Below are positions 47,272 through 56,865 of a stretch of 64,000 bases of DNA, one piece after another; the first letter of the stretch is position 1; every line of letters begins with the position of its first letter. A model generated the notes under the pieces. It saw only the letters and a list, made by a program, of their open reading frames with translations. It was not told the DNA's origin and did not search any database. Where the stretch lies: the NCBI GenBank assembly GCA_024402505.1, contig JAKSTP010000002.1, forward strand, positions 63,530 to 127,529, in the 5' to 3' direction. The translations under genes and the position numbers were made by a program. Source of the DNA: Treponema sp. Its GTDB lineage: Bacteria > Spirochaetota > Spirochaetia > Treponematales > Treponemataceae.

Positions 47272-48324
47272 ATGCATAATTTTGAATATAACGAAAACGC
47301 AAAAAAATTGCTGACACCAGAAATTGTTCAGATGTTGAGCACGATCTATGAACATAAAGGCAGACAGCAGCTTTTTGTTGAAGCAAAGAAAGATGAACTA
47401 AATTCTTTGATGGAAATTGCCAAAATCCAAAGTACAAAATCATCAAACAGAATTGAGGGGATTTTCACAACAGATAAACGACTGAAAGAATTGATGTCAC
47501 AAAAATCAGAACCGCGAAACAGAAATGAGCAGGAAATCTCAGGTTACAGGGACGTTCTTTCTACAATTCATGAAAGCTATGATTTTATTTCTCCGACCTC
47601 AAACATAATCCAGCAGCTTCATAGAGATTTGTATTCATATAACAAAAATGGTTTTGGCGGCAAATTCAAATCAAACGATAACATAATTGCAGAAACAGAT
47701 GACAATGGTGTTCAGAAAGTAAGATTTGCTCCTGTACCTGCATTTGAAACAGAAGAAGCAATGCGTCAAATGATTGAATCATTTTTGAAAGCTTGGAACA
47801 GTAATAAAACAGATAAACTTCTCTTAATCCCGATGTTCATTTTGGATTTTCTGTGCATCCATCCTTTTGATGATGGCAATGGAAGAATGAGTAGACTTCT
47901 TACACTTCTTTTATTCTATAGAGCAGGATTCATTGTCGGAAAATACATAAGTCTTGAAATGCTCATTGAATCTGCAAAAGAAACTTACTATGAAGCACTT
48001 CAGGACTGTTCCTATGGCTGGCACGAAAGCAAAAATCTGTATGAACCATTTGTAAAATATTATCTTGGAATTCTGATAAAAGCATCAAATGAATTTGAAA
48101 GCCGCATTGAATATCTTTCGAGCAGTAAGATATCAAAACCAGAAAGAATTAAGCGTTTGATTCAAAATACAGTCGGTAAAATAAATAAAAAAGAAATTCT
48201 GGAAAAATGTCCTGACATCAGCACCAAAACTGTGGAACGAACTTTAGCGGAACTTGTCAAAGAAGGGGTAATAGAAAAAGTCGGAGCAAGTTCAGCAACA
48301 GCTTATGTTTGGATTCAGAAATAG
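47272..48324 (+). CDS. fic: Fic family protein (class II, with inhibitory helix) plus C-terminal HTH
   Basis: Canonical HPFDDGNGRMSR motif; N-terminal SNRIEG matches (S/T)xxxE(G/N); wHTH-like C-terminus. Confidence 0.93.
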   Translation: MHNFEYNENAKKLLTPEIVQMLSTIYEHKGRQQLFVEAKKDELNSLMEIAKIQSTKSSNRIEGIFTTDKRLKELMSQKSEPRNRNEQEISGYRDVLSTIHESYDFISPTSNIIQQLHRDLYSYNKNGFGGKFKSNDNIIAETDDNGVQKVRFAPVPAFETEEAMRQMIESFLKAWNSNKTDKLLLIPMFILDFLCIHPFDDGNGRMSRLLTLLLFYRAGFIVGKYISLEMLIESAKETYYEALQDCSYGWHESKNLYEPFVKYYLGILIKASNEFESRIEYLSSSKISKPERIKRLIQNTVGKINKKEILEKCPDISTKTVERTLAELVKEGVIEKVGASSATAYVWIQK

Positions 48325-48354
48325 ATAAAATGTATAACGACCCGGAAGGTTGGT

Positions 48355-49017
48355 TTATTTCACCCCAAGATGGACCTGAGAATTCAGGTAGATCAGTTGG
48401 GCGGGGTGGAACTCGTCTTTCTGACCGCAGAGAGTCAATTTACTTACGGCGGTTAAATCAACACCCATGTGAGAGATGTACTGAAAAAAAGGAACGTTCG
48501 AAAGATAGGAAACCAGCGCTGAAATTACACCACCGTGGCAAACTATAACTATGGTTTTATCATTTGGTGCAACAGCCTTGTAACCCTGCCCTTCCCGAAC
48601 ATAACCGTGGTCTGCAAGAAATTTATCCAATGCCTTGCAGTGAATCTCATAATCGGAAACCAACTGATCTTCCTGCAGGTCCGGTAAATCCTTCCAATCT
48701 TCACCTTTAGGATAGCTTTGGGTAGTTTCAATGATTTTATCTTTAAGAGACCAGGGACTCATTGCATCGTAGGCATCCCCATTTGCCTTGCCCCATTTTA
48801 ATTCCCGAGCCCAGTCTATAGATTTTGCTTCCATGTTCCATTTTTTTGCAAGATAGCTGGCAGTAAGTGCGGCCCGCCCCATGCTTGAATGGTAAAGTTC
48901 ATCAACTTTCAAGTCTGCATAATATTCTGCCAATTTTTCTGCCTGTCCGTGACCGGCCTGTGTAATTGTATCGTGTTCGTAATCAGGTTCTGCGTGTCGA
49001 ATAAAATATAAATTCAT
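48355..49017 (-). CDS. Histidine phosphatase superfamily protein
   Basis: FIRHAE, SSMGRAALTA, VCHGG; ATG at 49017. Confidence 0.88.
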   Translation of the reverse strand: MNLYFIRHAEPDYEHDTITQAGHGQAEKLAEYYADLKVDELYHSSMGRAALTASYLAKKWNMEAKSIDWARELKWGKANGDAYDAMSPWSLKDKIIETTQSYPKGEDWKDLPDLQEDQLVSDYEIHCKALDKFLADHGYVREGQGYKAVAPNDKTIVIVCHGGVISALVSYLSNVPFFQYISHMGVDLTAVSKLTLCGQKDEFHPAQLIYLNSQVHLGVK

Positions 49018-49083
49018 ATTGCTATTATGATAAACCATACAACTTGGGCTGGCAACTTAACATACATGTGTGTTACAGTTGTT

Positions 49084-49166
49084 CCTTTAAAAATGACATA
49101 AATCTATAATTTTTACCTTTGAAAAATGACAATGTAATATATGTTTTACCTTTGAAAATTGACAAT
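49084..49166 (+). promoter_or_regulatory. Three phased direct repeats overlapping the promoter of the AAA ATPase
   Basis: CCTTT(G)AAAA(A/T)TGACA at 49084, 49116 and 49149; TTGAAA-N16-TACAAT with extended -10 at 49152-49179. Confidence 0.6.
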
Positions 49167-49198
49167 ACTATGATACAATTCAGGCAGGAGATTCTGTC

Positions 49199-50596
49199 AT
49201 GTTACAAAGAGAAATCTGGAATGAATTAATAGCCTGGAAAGAACGAAAACATCATCCTCTTATAATCAAAGGGTTAAGACAGATAGGAAAAACCTTCATC
49301 GTTAAACATTTTGGTGAAATTTATTATGAAAATGTTGTCTATCTAGATTTAAGAGCAAATAAAACTGTTCACAAAGCCTTTGATGGTAATTTTGATGTTA
49401 ATCAGATGATTCTTTCAATAACATCAACCGATTCTTCAGCCCGTTTTATTCCAGGAAAAACTCTTTTGATTTTAGATGAAATTCAAGATTGTACAAATGC
49501 AAGAAGTTCCCTTAAGTATTGGGATATGGATGGCCGATTTGATGTCATTTGTACAGGTAGTTTTCTTGGCGTAAAAGGATTCAGAAATCCATATGTTCGG
49601 GGTATTCCTGTTGGGTATGAAGAGCAAATAACGATGTATCCGCTAACATTTAAAGAGTTCCTTGATAACACAGGCATGGATGAAAAAGTTTTTGAATATG
49701 TTTCAAAATCTTTATCTGCTAAAACAATGATAGATCCGACGGTTCATGACAGCATAAGAAATTTATACTTGCAGTATTTAATTGTTGGTGGAATGCCAGA
49801 TGTTGTTCTAAAATTCTTTGAAACTCACGATTTGAATCAGGTTCGGGAAATTCAAAAAAGAATTCTGCAATCAATACGAGATGATTTTGGTCGCTATAAG
49901 GATAAGAATGGAAATGATGCTGTAAATGAGGTTTTAAAGCTTAGGGCAGAGGCTTGTCTTAATTCACTTCCGTCACAACTGGCCAAAGAATACAAGAAAT
50001 TCCAGTTCTGCTTAGTTGATGTAAAAGGTCATTCACCGGAAAAAGCAGATGGACTTCAATATCTGGAAGATGTTGGTCTTGTTGTCAGGGCATTTAATAC
50101 AAGGGAACTTGTTTATCCATTGAATGCTGCTAAGATTTCAACAGAGTTTAAAGTTTTTTATATTGATACTGGGCTTTTGATTTCTCAATTGGGTGAGGAT
50201 GTACCTGCAAAAATTTTAGCTGGTGATTTAGGACCTTATAAAGGAGCTATTGCAGAAAATATGGTTGCCGCAAGTTTTGCAAAAGAAGATATGGATTTAT
50301 ATTATTTTCATGCATCAAGCGGATCTCCAGAACTGGATTTTTTGTATGAAGAAAATGGTTCAGTTGGAATTATAGAATGTAAAGCTTCCAATAACAGAGC
50401 AACCAGTATGAAATTTGTTCTTGCAAATGAAAAAAGATTTGGAAAACATTCTGCAGTTAAGATTGCCGATTCTAATGTTGGAGGTGGAGAAAATTTTGAT
50501 ACCTATCCTCTTTATTCATTGGGTTTTATGCAGAAAAAACAGACAAAAAATATTGTGGATGTTATTGATGTAAAGAATATAACTGTGCCTGAATAA
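49199..50596 (+). CDS. AAA_14 + DUF4143 ATP-binding protein
   Basis: GLRQIGKT, LDEIQ, CTGS, LQYLIVGGMPDVV, KVFYIDTGLL, ELDFL, IECKA. Confidence 0.9.
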   Translation: MLQREIWNELIAWKERKHHPLIIKGLRQIGKTFIVKHFGEIYYENVVYLDLRANKTVHKAFDGNFDVNQMILSITSTDSSARFIPGKTLLILDEIQDCTNARSSLKYWDMDGRFDVICTGSFLGVKGFRNPYVRGIPVGYEEQITMYPLTFKEFLDNTGMDEKVFEYVSKSLSAKTMIDPTVHDSIRNLYLQYLIVGGMPDVVLKFFETHDLNQVREIQKRILQSIRDDFGRYKDKNGNDAVNEVLKLRAEACLNSLPSQLAKEYKKFQFCLVDVKGHSPEKADGLQYLEDVGLVVRAFNTRELVYPLNAAKISTEFKVFYIDTGLLISQLGEDVPAKILAGDLGPYKGAIAENMVAASFAKEDMDLYYFHASSGSPELDFLYEENGSVGIIECKASNNRATSMKFVLANEKRFGKHSAVKIADSNVGGGENFDTYPLYSLGFMQKKQTKNIVDVIDVKNITVPE

Positions 50597-50665
50597 TACG
50601 AAACCTGGTTTTTTATGAGGTTTTTCTGTACACTTAAATAAAACGGATAGATTGGGGGACAGACT

Positions 50666-52081
50666 ATGGCAGAAACTAGACCAACTCCATCTTGGGCAAA
50701 GGATATGCCTGAAGGTGCATTTATTTCTTACGGACCAACTTACAAGGTTGGAGAATATTTTAATCTTTTTAAAAATGATTCAGCCAGCGGCATGAAATAT
50801 TACTTTTTTGATCCTACAGAAAACGGATTTGAAAAAGGCAAAGCTTATCCTGTTTTAATTTTCCTTCACGGCTACACAAACGCTTTGGAAGGGGATGTCT
50901 GCATCAACTACGCAGGTGCTGAATTTTTTGCTACAGAAAAATACCAGAAGGCTTTAGGTGGCGCTTACGTTCTTGTTCCACTTGCCAACGAAAAACGCAA
51001 TGCTGATGGAGAAGTAGTTGATTCTTGGGGCCCAGAATATGAGGAGCCTCTTTACAATCTGATTTGCGATTTTATTAAAACTCATACCCAGTCCAACGGT
51101 GGCGTAAGTAAAAAAATGCTTTGGGGAAACTCTGGCGGCGCTTCCATGACCTATTTTATGGGGGAAAAGTATCCTGATTTCTTCAATGTTCTTATTCCAG
51201 TTGGTTCAGATGATTTACCAGAAGATCCAGTAATCGACACCTGGGACAAAAATGACGTTCACCTTTTCCTTGCCATGGGTAAACGGGATGAATTCAATGA
51301 TTATCAGGGAAAAATTGTGCCACGCCTTCCTCGCCTTGAAAAAATGAAGCACTGTTTCATTTTTACTCCAGACTGGGTTTACAACGGCGACAAGGGAATT
51401 GCTTCAATCAACTTTGGAAGAGAAATGGGCCAGCACTGTCTTGTAAACCCAATGCATTCAAACCTTTTATTTGATGACGGTACAACCATGGATGAACGCC
51501 TGCCTCGAGGCCTTACAGACTGGCTTAGTTACGCCCTTACAGATCATCCTTACATTGAATCAACTCCAGTTTTGGAAACAGAGCGCCTTATTCTTCGTCC
51601 TTTAGTTTTTGATGATCTACTTGCAATTTACAAATGGGCAGGGGATGAAAAAACTGCTCACTTTATGCTTTATCCAAAATACAAGAGTCCTGCCGACGGT
51701 GTAGACTGGGTAAATTCGCTTTACACAAATCCAGATGATTTGGAATACGGAATTGTGTGGAAAGAAACCGGCGAACTTATTGGAAGCGGTGGAGTTTATC
51801 ATTCTCACAATCCTGAAAATGAACTTTGGAGCATTGGCTACAATATCCGCAGTGATATGTGGAACAAGGGAATTACAACTGAAGCAATCACTAAGATTAT
51901 TGAATATGCCCGCCAGACTCGCAAAATCCCGGGCCTTGCAGGAACTTTTGCCGTAGATAATATTGGAAGCCGCCGTGTAATGGAAAAGCTTGGCATGACT
52001 TACCTTGAAGATACTGAATACACAAAGTGGGATGGTTCTGCAACTTTCAAAGCACAGACTTACGGTGTGAGGTTTAACTAA
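50666..52081 (+). CDS. Alpha/beta-hydrolase (esterase/peptidase) fused to a RimJ/RimL-type GNAT
   Basis: PVLIFLHG and GNSGG nucleophile elbow in the N-terminal ~295 aa; LETERLILRP...IGY...WNKGITTEA...NIGSRRVMEKLGM at the C-terminus. Confidence 0.8.
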   Translation: MAETRPTPSWAKDMPEGAFISYGPTYKVGEYFNLFKNDSASGMKYYFFDPTENGFEKGKAYPVLIFLHGYTNALEGDVCINYAGAEFFATEKYQKALGGAYVLVPLANEKRNADGEVVDSWGPEYEEPLYNLICDFIKTHTQSNGGVSKKMLWGNSGGASMTYFMGEKYPDFFNVLIPVGSDDLPEDPVIDTWDKNDVHLFLAMGKRDEFNDYQGKIVPRLPRLEKMKHCFIFTPDWVYNGDKGIASINFGREMGQHCLVNPMHSNLLFDDGTTMDERLPRGLTDWLSYALTDHPYIESTPVLETERLILRPLVFDDLLAIYKWAGDEKTAHFMLYPKYKSPADGVDWVNSLYTNPDDLEYGIVWKETGELIGSGGVYHSHNPENELWSIGYNIRSDMWNKGITTEAITKIIEYARQTRKIPGLAGTFAVDNIGSRRVMEKLGMTYLEDTEYTKWDGSATFKAQTYGVRFN

Positions 52082-52138
52082 GTATTCTGAAATAATAATA
52101 TTGTATCCATCAAAAATAATCTTTGTTATTATATATAT

Positions 52139-54136
52139 ATGATGAAAAACTCATTCCTAAGAAAATTTCTTTCTGTATTTTTATTCACAATTCTGTTTGG
52201 ATGCATTCCTTCAATAGCTCAGTCATCTCAAAGTCTGGACGATTGTATTGATGGAGTTTGTTCAATTCCTGAACTAGATGATGACGGTAAGCAGGTTTAT
52301 GCTGTTGTTTCACCAGTGGGCTACAATTCCGTTGATATGATAAAACAAGCTTCCCGTCTGAATACTTTAGATGGTAAGAACATTGCATTAGTAGGCGGCA
52401 GTTTTATGGCAACTGTTACTCATGCAGAAATAAAAAGATGCATTTTAAATGAATATCCAACTGCAAAAGTTTATATGTTTGATGATATTGGGCAGGCAGG
52501 CCCTTTTTCAGTTTTTGGAACTACAGAAAAAACAAAGCAATTTCAAAAGAAATTAAAAGATCTTAACATTGATGCGGTTATTACAGGAAACTGTGGCTGC
52601 GGACTTTGTACAACAAAAGAAACAGGAAACTCCATTGCAGCAGAATACATTGGAATTCCAAGTGTTACAATTGGAGCACCAACCTTTGTAGCCCAGATTC
52701 ATTCAACGGGTGTAAATCGAGGTGTCCCAGTTCTACGAGCTGCAGAATATCCAGGAGCTTTTGCATCTCATACAACTGAAGAACTAAAGAAGAATGCGCG
52801 AGAAGTTTTGTGGCCTCAAATAAAAACAGCATTAACTACTCAGATTACACAAAAGGAAATATCACAATATGCACCAGAAGGAAAACGTCCTGCTGATGAA
52901 ATTATCTATTACGGAAATTTTGATGAAATCCAGGAATATTTTAAAATCAATAACTGGACAGATGGACTTCCTGTAATTCCTCCAACTCAGGAAAAAATCG
53001 AAGAATATTTAAAATTCACTCCATATAAAGCAGATGATGTTATTGGAACTTTAGCAGTTGCCTACAGAGAATGTACAGTTTATACAGTTGCCGCAAACGC
53101 TGTAATGTCAGGAGTTCCAGCAGAATTTATGCCAATCTGTATTGCATTTGCCAGTGGAATGAATGATGGCGAATGGAGAAAACCTCTTTCAAGCACCCAC
53201 GGTTGGACTCCCTATGCATGGTTAAATGGTCCACTTGCCCGTCAGCTTGGAATAGATAATCAACAGGGAATGATAAGTGAAGCAAACAATAAAGCTTTAG
53301 GCCGTTTTATTGATCTTTGTATGATGAATCTTGGTGGCTATTATGTAAAAGAAAACCGTATGGGAAGTTTTGGTTATCTTACTCCATTTACATTTTCAGA
53401 GGATGATAAAGCTTGTGTAGAAATAGGATGGAAACCTTACCATGTTACAAAAGGCTATGATATTAACGCAAATACAATTACCAATGCATCCTGTCTGGCA
53501 TGGGGAAATAATGTTACACCATCTACCAGTGATCCGGAAAAAATCAAAGATGTAATCGCTTTTGATATTACAGAAAAACAACAGAATGGACTTGGAAATA
53601 CAAATCCTCAGGTGTACAGAACTTTATTTATTACAGAATATGTGGCAAAAGATCTGGCAAAACTTTACACTTCAAAAAGTGCCTTGGAAGATGCTTTAAT
53701 TGAAACCGCCCGATGTCCTTTAGCTTTACGAGCTTATGCACTTTATTGGGCAAACACGGGAAGCCAGCAGTCAAATCGTAGAACTTTTGATCAAGAATAT
53801 AAGATGCTGCAGAAAGATGAAAATGAAAAAGTTGCTATGACTCCTACTCCTGAATGGTACAAGGCTCTTATTGCAGAAGATGAAATTGAAACAATTGCCT
53901 GCATGAATAAGGGAGAAACTCCAATTCTCATTACCGGGGATGCAAATAGAAATAAAATTCAGACAATGCCTGGGGGTGGTTATGTTACAACAGAAATTAA
54001 ACTTCCAGAAAATTGGAATGAACTTTTAGCACCTCTTGGCTATGAACCTATTGAAAATTTCTACATTGATGCTAAATTTTATAATGAACAGAAATCAGGA
54101 AAATCAAATTCCAATAGAAAAGGAAGGTCAAAATGA
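52139..54136 (+). CDS. Exported UGSC-family-like (seleno)protein homolog, Cys form
   Basis: Signal peptide, CIDGVC motif, RLNTLDGKNIAL, GNCGCGLC...AEYIGIPSV, NWTDGLPVIPPT; family assignment from recall. Confidence 0.7.
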   Translation: MMKNSFLRKFLSVFLFTILFGCIPSIAQSSQSLDDCIDGVCSIPELDDDGKQVYAVVSPVGYNSVDMIKQASRLNTLDGKNIALVGGSFMATVTHAEIKRCILNEYPTAKVYMFDDIGQAGPFSVFGTTEKTKQFQKKLKDLNIDAVITGNCGCGLCTTKETGNSIAAEYIGIPSVTIGAPTFVAQIHSTGVNRGVPVLRAAEYPGAFASHTTEELKKNAREVLWPQIKTALTTQITQKEISQYAPEGKRPADEIIYYGNFDEIQEYFKINNWTDGLPVIPPTQEKIEEYLKFTPYKADDVIGTLAVAYRECTVYTVAANAVMSGVPAEFMPICIAFASGMNDGEWRKPLSSTHGWTPYAWLNGPLARQLGIDNQQGMISEANNKALGRFIDLCMMNLGGYYVKENRMGSFGYLTPFTFSEDDKACVEIGWKPYHVTKGYDINANTITNASCLAWGNNVTPSTSDPEKIKDVIAFDITEKQQNGLGNTNPQVYRTLFITEYVAKDLAKLYTSKSALEDALIETARCPLALRAYALYWANTGSQQSNRRTFDQEYKMLQKDENEKVAMTPTPEWYKALIAEDEIETIACMNKGETPILITGDANRNKIQTMPGGGYVTTEIKLPENWNELLAPLGYEPIENFYIDAKFYNEQKSGKSNSNRKGRSK

Positions 54137-54648
54137 AAAACTTAAAGAAAATTTTAATCAGTTTATTTCTCCTATTATTAACCGCAAATTCTTTTCTATC
54201 TGCACAAGATATTAAATTTTCAGCAAAAGACATTTATAACAAAAATATCACAGACGAGATTTTTAAAGATGCTGATTTAACAATGATAAATATTTGGGGA
54301 ACTTTCTGTGGGCCTTGTATTGCAGAAATGCCAGATTTAGGAAAATTGAATAAAGATTATGCTGGCAAAAAATTCCAGATTGTTGGAATCGTAATTGATG
54401 CAGTTACTCGAAAACTAACTCCGTCGGCAAAAATCATTGATTCTGCAAAAAAAATTGTAGATCAGACTGATGCCGATTATCTTCACATTGTACCTAGCAC
54501 AGAGATGATGAATGGTTTTTTAAGCGACATTACTGTTGTCCCAACTACAATCTTTGTTGATAAAAATGGTAAAATTGTAGGTCAGGTTTACGCTGGTTCC
54601 AGATCCTATTCCGACTGGTCAAAAATTATTGATAACCTATTAAAATGA
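54133..54648 (+). CDS. TlpA-family thiol-disulfide reductase, exported
   Basis: MINIWGTFCGPCIAEMP; VPTTIFVDKNG; signal peptide. Confidence 0.92.
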   Translation: MKNLKKILISLFLLLLTANSFLSAQDIKFSAKDIYNKNITDEIFKDADLTMINIWGTFCGPCIAEMPDLGKLNKDYAGKKFQIVGIVIDAVTRKLTPSAKIIDSAKKIVDQTDADYLHIVPSTEMMNGFLSDITVVPTTIFVDKNGKIVGQVYAGSRSYSDWSKIIDNLLK

Positions 54649-54782
54649 AAAATAAATTAATCTCTATAATTTTTCTTTTGCTTGGAATTACACTTATTGT
54701 TGCCGGAATCTTTAGAGAAGAAGCTGAAGTTGTAATAGAAAAAGCCACAAAAATCTGTATGGAGTGTATTGGAATTGGCTAA
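54645..54782 (+). CDS. Small membrane CxxC peptide (CD1871A-like), 45 aa, absent from the ORF track
   Basis: MKNKLISIIFLLLGITLIVAGIFREEAEVVIEKATKICMECIGIG*; ATGA overlap with tlpA and overlap with the next start. Confidence 0.85.
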   Translation: MKNKLISIIFLLLGITLIVAGIFREEAEVVIEKATKICMECIGIG

Positions 54783-55608
54783 AATTTCAAAAATCCGACT
54801 GCTTATCCAGGCTTCATTTACTGCAATTTCCAATGGCTACATAAAAGGATTTGCCCACGGGAAAATCTACACGGGAGACCTAAAATATCTTTGTGTTCCA
54901 GGATTAAACTGTTATTCATGTCCTGGGGCTCTAGGGTCATGTCCTATTGGTTCTTTACAGGCAACTTTAAGCAGCCGGGAATATAAAATCTCACTTTATG
55001 TAATAGGATTTCTCGTAGTTTTTGGCACATTATTAGGCAGACTTGTTTGTGGTTTTTTATGTCCCTTTGGTTTATTACAGGACCTGCTTTTTAAAATCCC
55101 ATTTTTTAAGAAAATTAGAAAACTTCCAGGCGAAAATTTTTTAAGATGGTTTCGGTATTTTATCTTGCTGGTTTTTGTAATTTTACTCCCCTTATTTGTA
55201 GTAGATATTACAGGTTTAGGAGAGCCCTGGTTTTGTAAATATATTTGTCCTGCAGGTACTTTAGAGGGAGGGATTCCTTTAGTGATATTAAATAAATCAC
55301 TAAGAAGTGCTGTGGGATTTTTGTTTAAGTGGAAAGTAATAATTCTTTTGGTTACTGTTATTGCTTCGATTATTTTGTACAGACCTTTTTGCAGATATAT
55401 ATGTCCTTTAGGTGCAGTTTATGGAGTATTCAATAAAGTTTCTTTTTTCCGCTACAAAATTGATAGCCAAAAATGTACTTCTTGTGGAAGATGTGAAGAA
55501 ACCTGTAAACTGAACATTAAAGTCTATAAAAATCCCAATTCTTTGGATTGTATAAGATGTGGAGAATGTAAAGCTCATTGCCCTCAAAAAGCAATTTTAA
55601 TCAAATAA
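54769..55608 (+). CDS. Membrane 4Fe-4S binding protein (NapH/MauN-like)
   Basis: CVPGLNCYSCP, GRLVCGFLCPFG, FCKYICPAG, RPFCRYICPLG and two CxxCxxCxxxC clusters. Confidence 0.9.
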   Translation: MELAKISKIRLLIQASFTAISNGYIKGFAHGKIYTGDLKYLCVPGLNCYSCPGALGSCPIGSLQATLSSREYKISLYVIGFLVVFGTLLGRLVCGFLCPFGLLQDLLFKIPFFKKIRKLPGENFLRWFRYFILLVFVILLPLFVVDITGLGEPWFCKYICPAGTLEGGIPLVILNKSLRSAVGFLFKWKVIILLVTVIASIILYRPFCRYICPLGAVYGVFNKVSFFRYKIDSQKCTSCGRCEETCKLNIKVYKNPNSLDCIRCGECKAHCPQKAILIK

Positions 55609-55634
55609 GAAAATTACAGTGTGAGGTTTAACTA

Positions 55635-56060
55635 ATGTTTAATTATATCTGGCCGCTGGCGATTATCGTTTTTTCAAATATTGTTTATCAGATTTGTGCA
55701 AAAGGTATTCCACAAGAGATGAATACTTATGCTTCAATGACAGTAACTTATGCAGTGGCTACTTTATTTTCGGCCCTTATGTTTTTTGTTACAACAAAGG
55801 GTGGAAATATTCTCCGGGAATTTAAGTTTTCTAACTGGGCCACAGTTGTACTTGGGATTGTAATCACCGGCCTTGAAGTTGGATTCATTTACGCTTACAA
55901 AGCCGGCTGGAAAGTTAGCACTTTGGCCACAGTAACAAATGCCTTCCTTGCAATCGGGCTCCTTTTCCTTGGATTTTTTATGTACCACGAAGTTATCAGC
56001 TGGAGCAAGATTCTTGGTGTTGCAATCTGTTTAGTCGGACTTTGGTTTATTAACAGGTAA
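55635..56060 (+). CDS. EamA/DMT family small transporter
   Basis: About 5 TM helices; GLEVGFIYAYKAGW...LGFFMYHEVISWSKILG. Confidence 0.85.
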   Translation: MFNYIWPLAIIVFSNIVYQICAKGIPQEMNTYASMTVTYAVATLFSALMFFVTTKGGNILREFKFSNWATVVLGIVITGLEVGFIYAYKAGWKVSTLATVTNAFLAIGLLFLGFFMYHEVISWSKILGVAICLVGLWFINR

Positions 56061-56120
56061 AATCATGATGAAATTCCTGCAGGAAAATACATAAGAATTA
56101 ATGTGCAATCATTATGCAGC

Positions 56121-56552
56121 CTAATATCCAATAACCTTTAATTCTTTGAAGAGTTCAAAATCCTTAGGATTTGCTGTAAGAATAGAAGAAACTCCATTAT
56201 GCAGGTAGCAGGCGGCCATGTTTGTATCGTTCAAGCGGTTTCGGCCAAGTTTGTAAATGGTAAGCCAGGCTACAGATCTTCCAAAAGACTGCTCATCTGG
56301 GAAAAGTATTTTCACATTTTCCAAATCTCGCCATTCATCTACAACTGCCAGCGCTTCTTCCATAGAAAAAGCATTTTCAAAGCGGCGGGAATCCGTAATA
56401 ACATGAATAAACTCGTTAAAACAATTGTAATGTACGCAGACTTCCTGACCATTGGCCGCAATTTCATTGAACTTTTCCAGAACTGCACTATGACGTGGCG
56501 AATCTTCCCAGTACAAATCAATAAGAAAGCAAGAATCTAATCCTACTGCCAT
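56121..56552 (-). CDS. vapC: PIN-domain toxin (VapC-like)
   Basis: LDSCFLID, NEF..V, NDTNMAA, ILTANPKDF PIN acidic residues. Confidence 0.85.
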   Translation of the reverse strand: MAVGLDSCFLIDLYWEDSPRHSAVLEKFNEIAANGQEVCVHYNCFNEFIHVITDSRRFENAFSMEEALAVVDEWRDLENVKILFPDEQSFGRSVAWLTIYKLGRNRLNDTNMAACYLHNGVSSILTANPKDFELFKELKVIGY

Positions 56553-56553
56553 T

Positions 56554-56856
56554 CTAATTCTCCAACTGACCGTTTCCAGAAGTACTTGTCTGATTATCCA
56601 TAAAGTCGCTTTTGTAATCAGAAAGAAAATCCTTTTGGTTGTCCCGGGCTTTTACAGTTCGATTCAGATTTAATTGAGACATAGATTTTTTCTGATAGAA
56701 ATTGCGCTGGGCATAATCTTCCATTGCATCACGAATAAGCTCAGAGGCCTTTTTACCCTTTTTCTGAGCTTCAATCTGATAAGTTTCGTAAAGCTTAGTT
56801 AGCATATAAAGAGTAACAGGTTTTAATGCTGGCTGCACCGTATACATATTATTCAT
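56554..56856 (-). CDS. Ribbon-helix-helix antitoxin (VapB-like)
   Basis: KPVTLYM...KKGKKASELIRDAMEDY RHH pattern; stop codon 1 bp before the PIN ATG; start at 56856 or 56847 rather than 57084. Confidence 0.75.
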   Translation of the reverse strand: MNNMYTVQPALKPVTLYMLTKLYETYQIEAQKKGKKASELIRDAMEDYAQRNFYQKKSMSQLNLNRTVKARDNQKDFLSDYKSDFMDNQTSTSGNGQLEN

Positions 56857-56865
56857 ACATATATT

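Noticed and set aside
52139-54782. Selenocysteine recoding in the redox cluster
   Set aside because: No in-frame TGA at the redox motifs; all are Cys codons, and the TGA at 54646 is a normal stop overlapping the next ATG.
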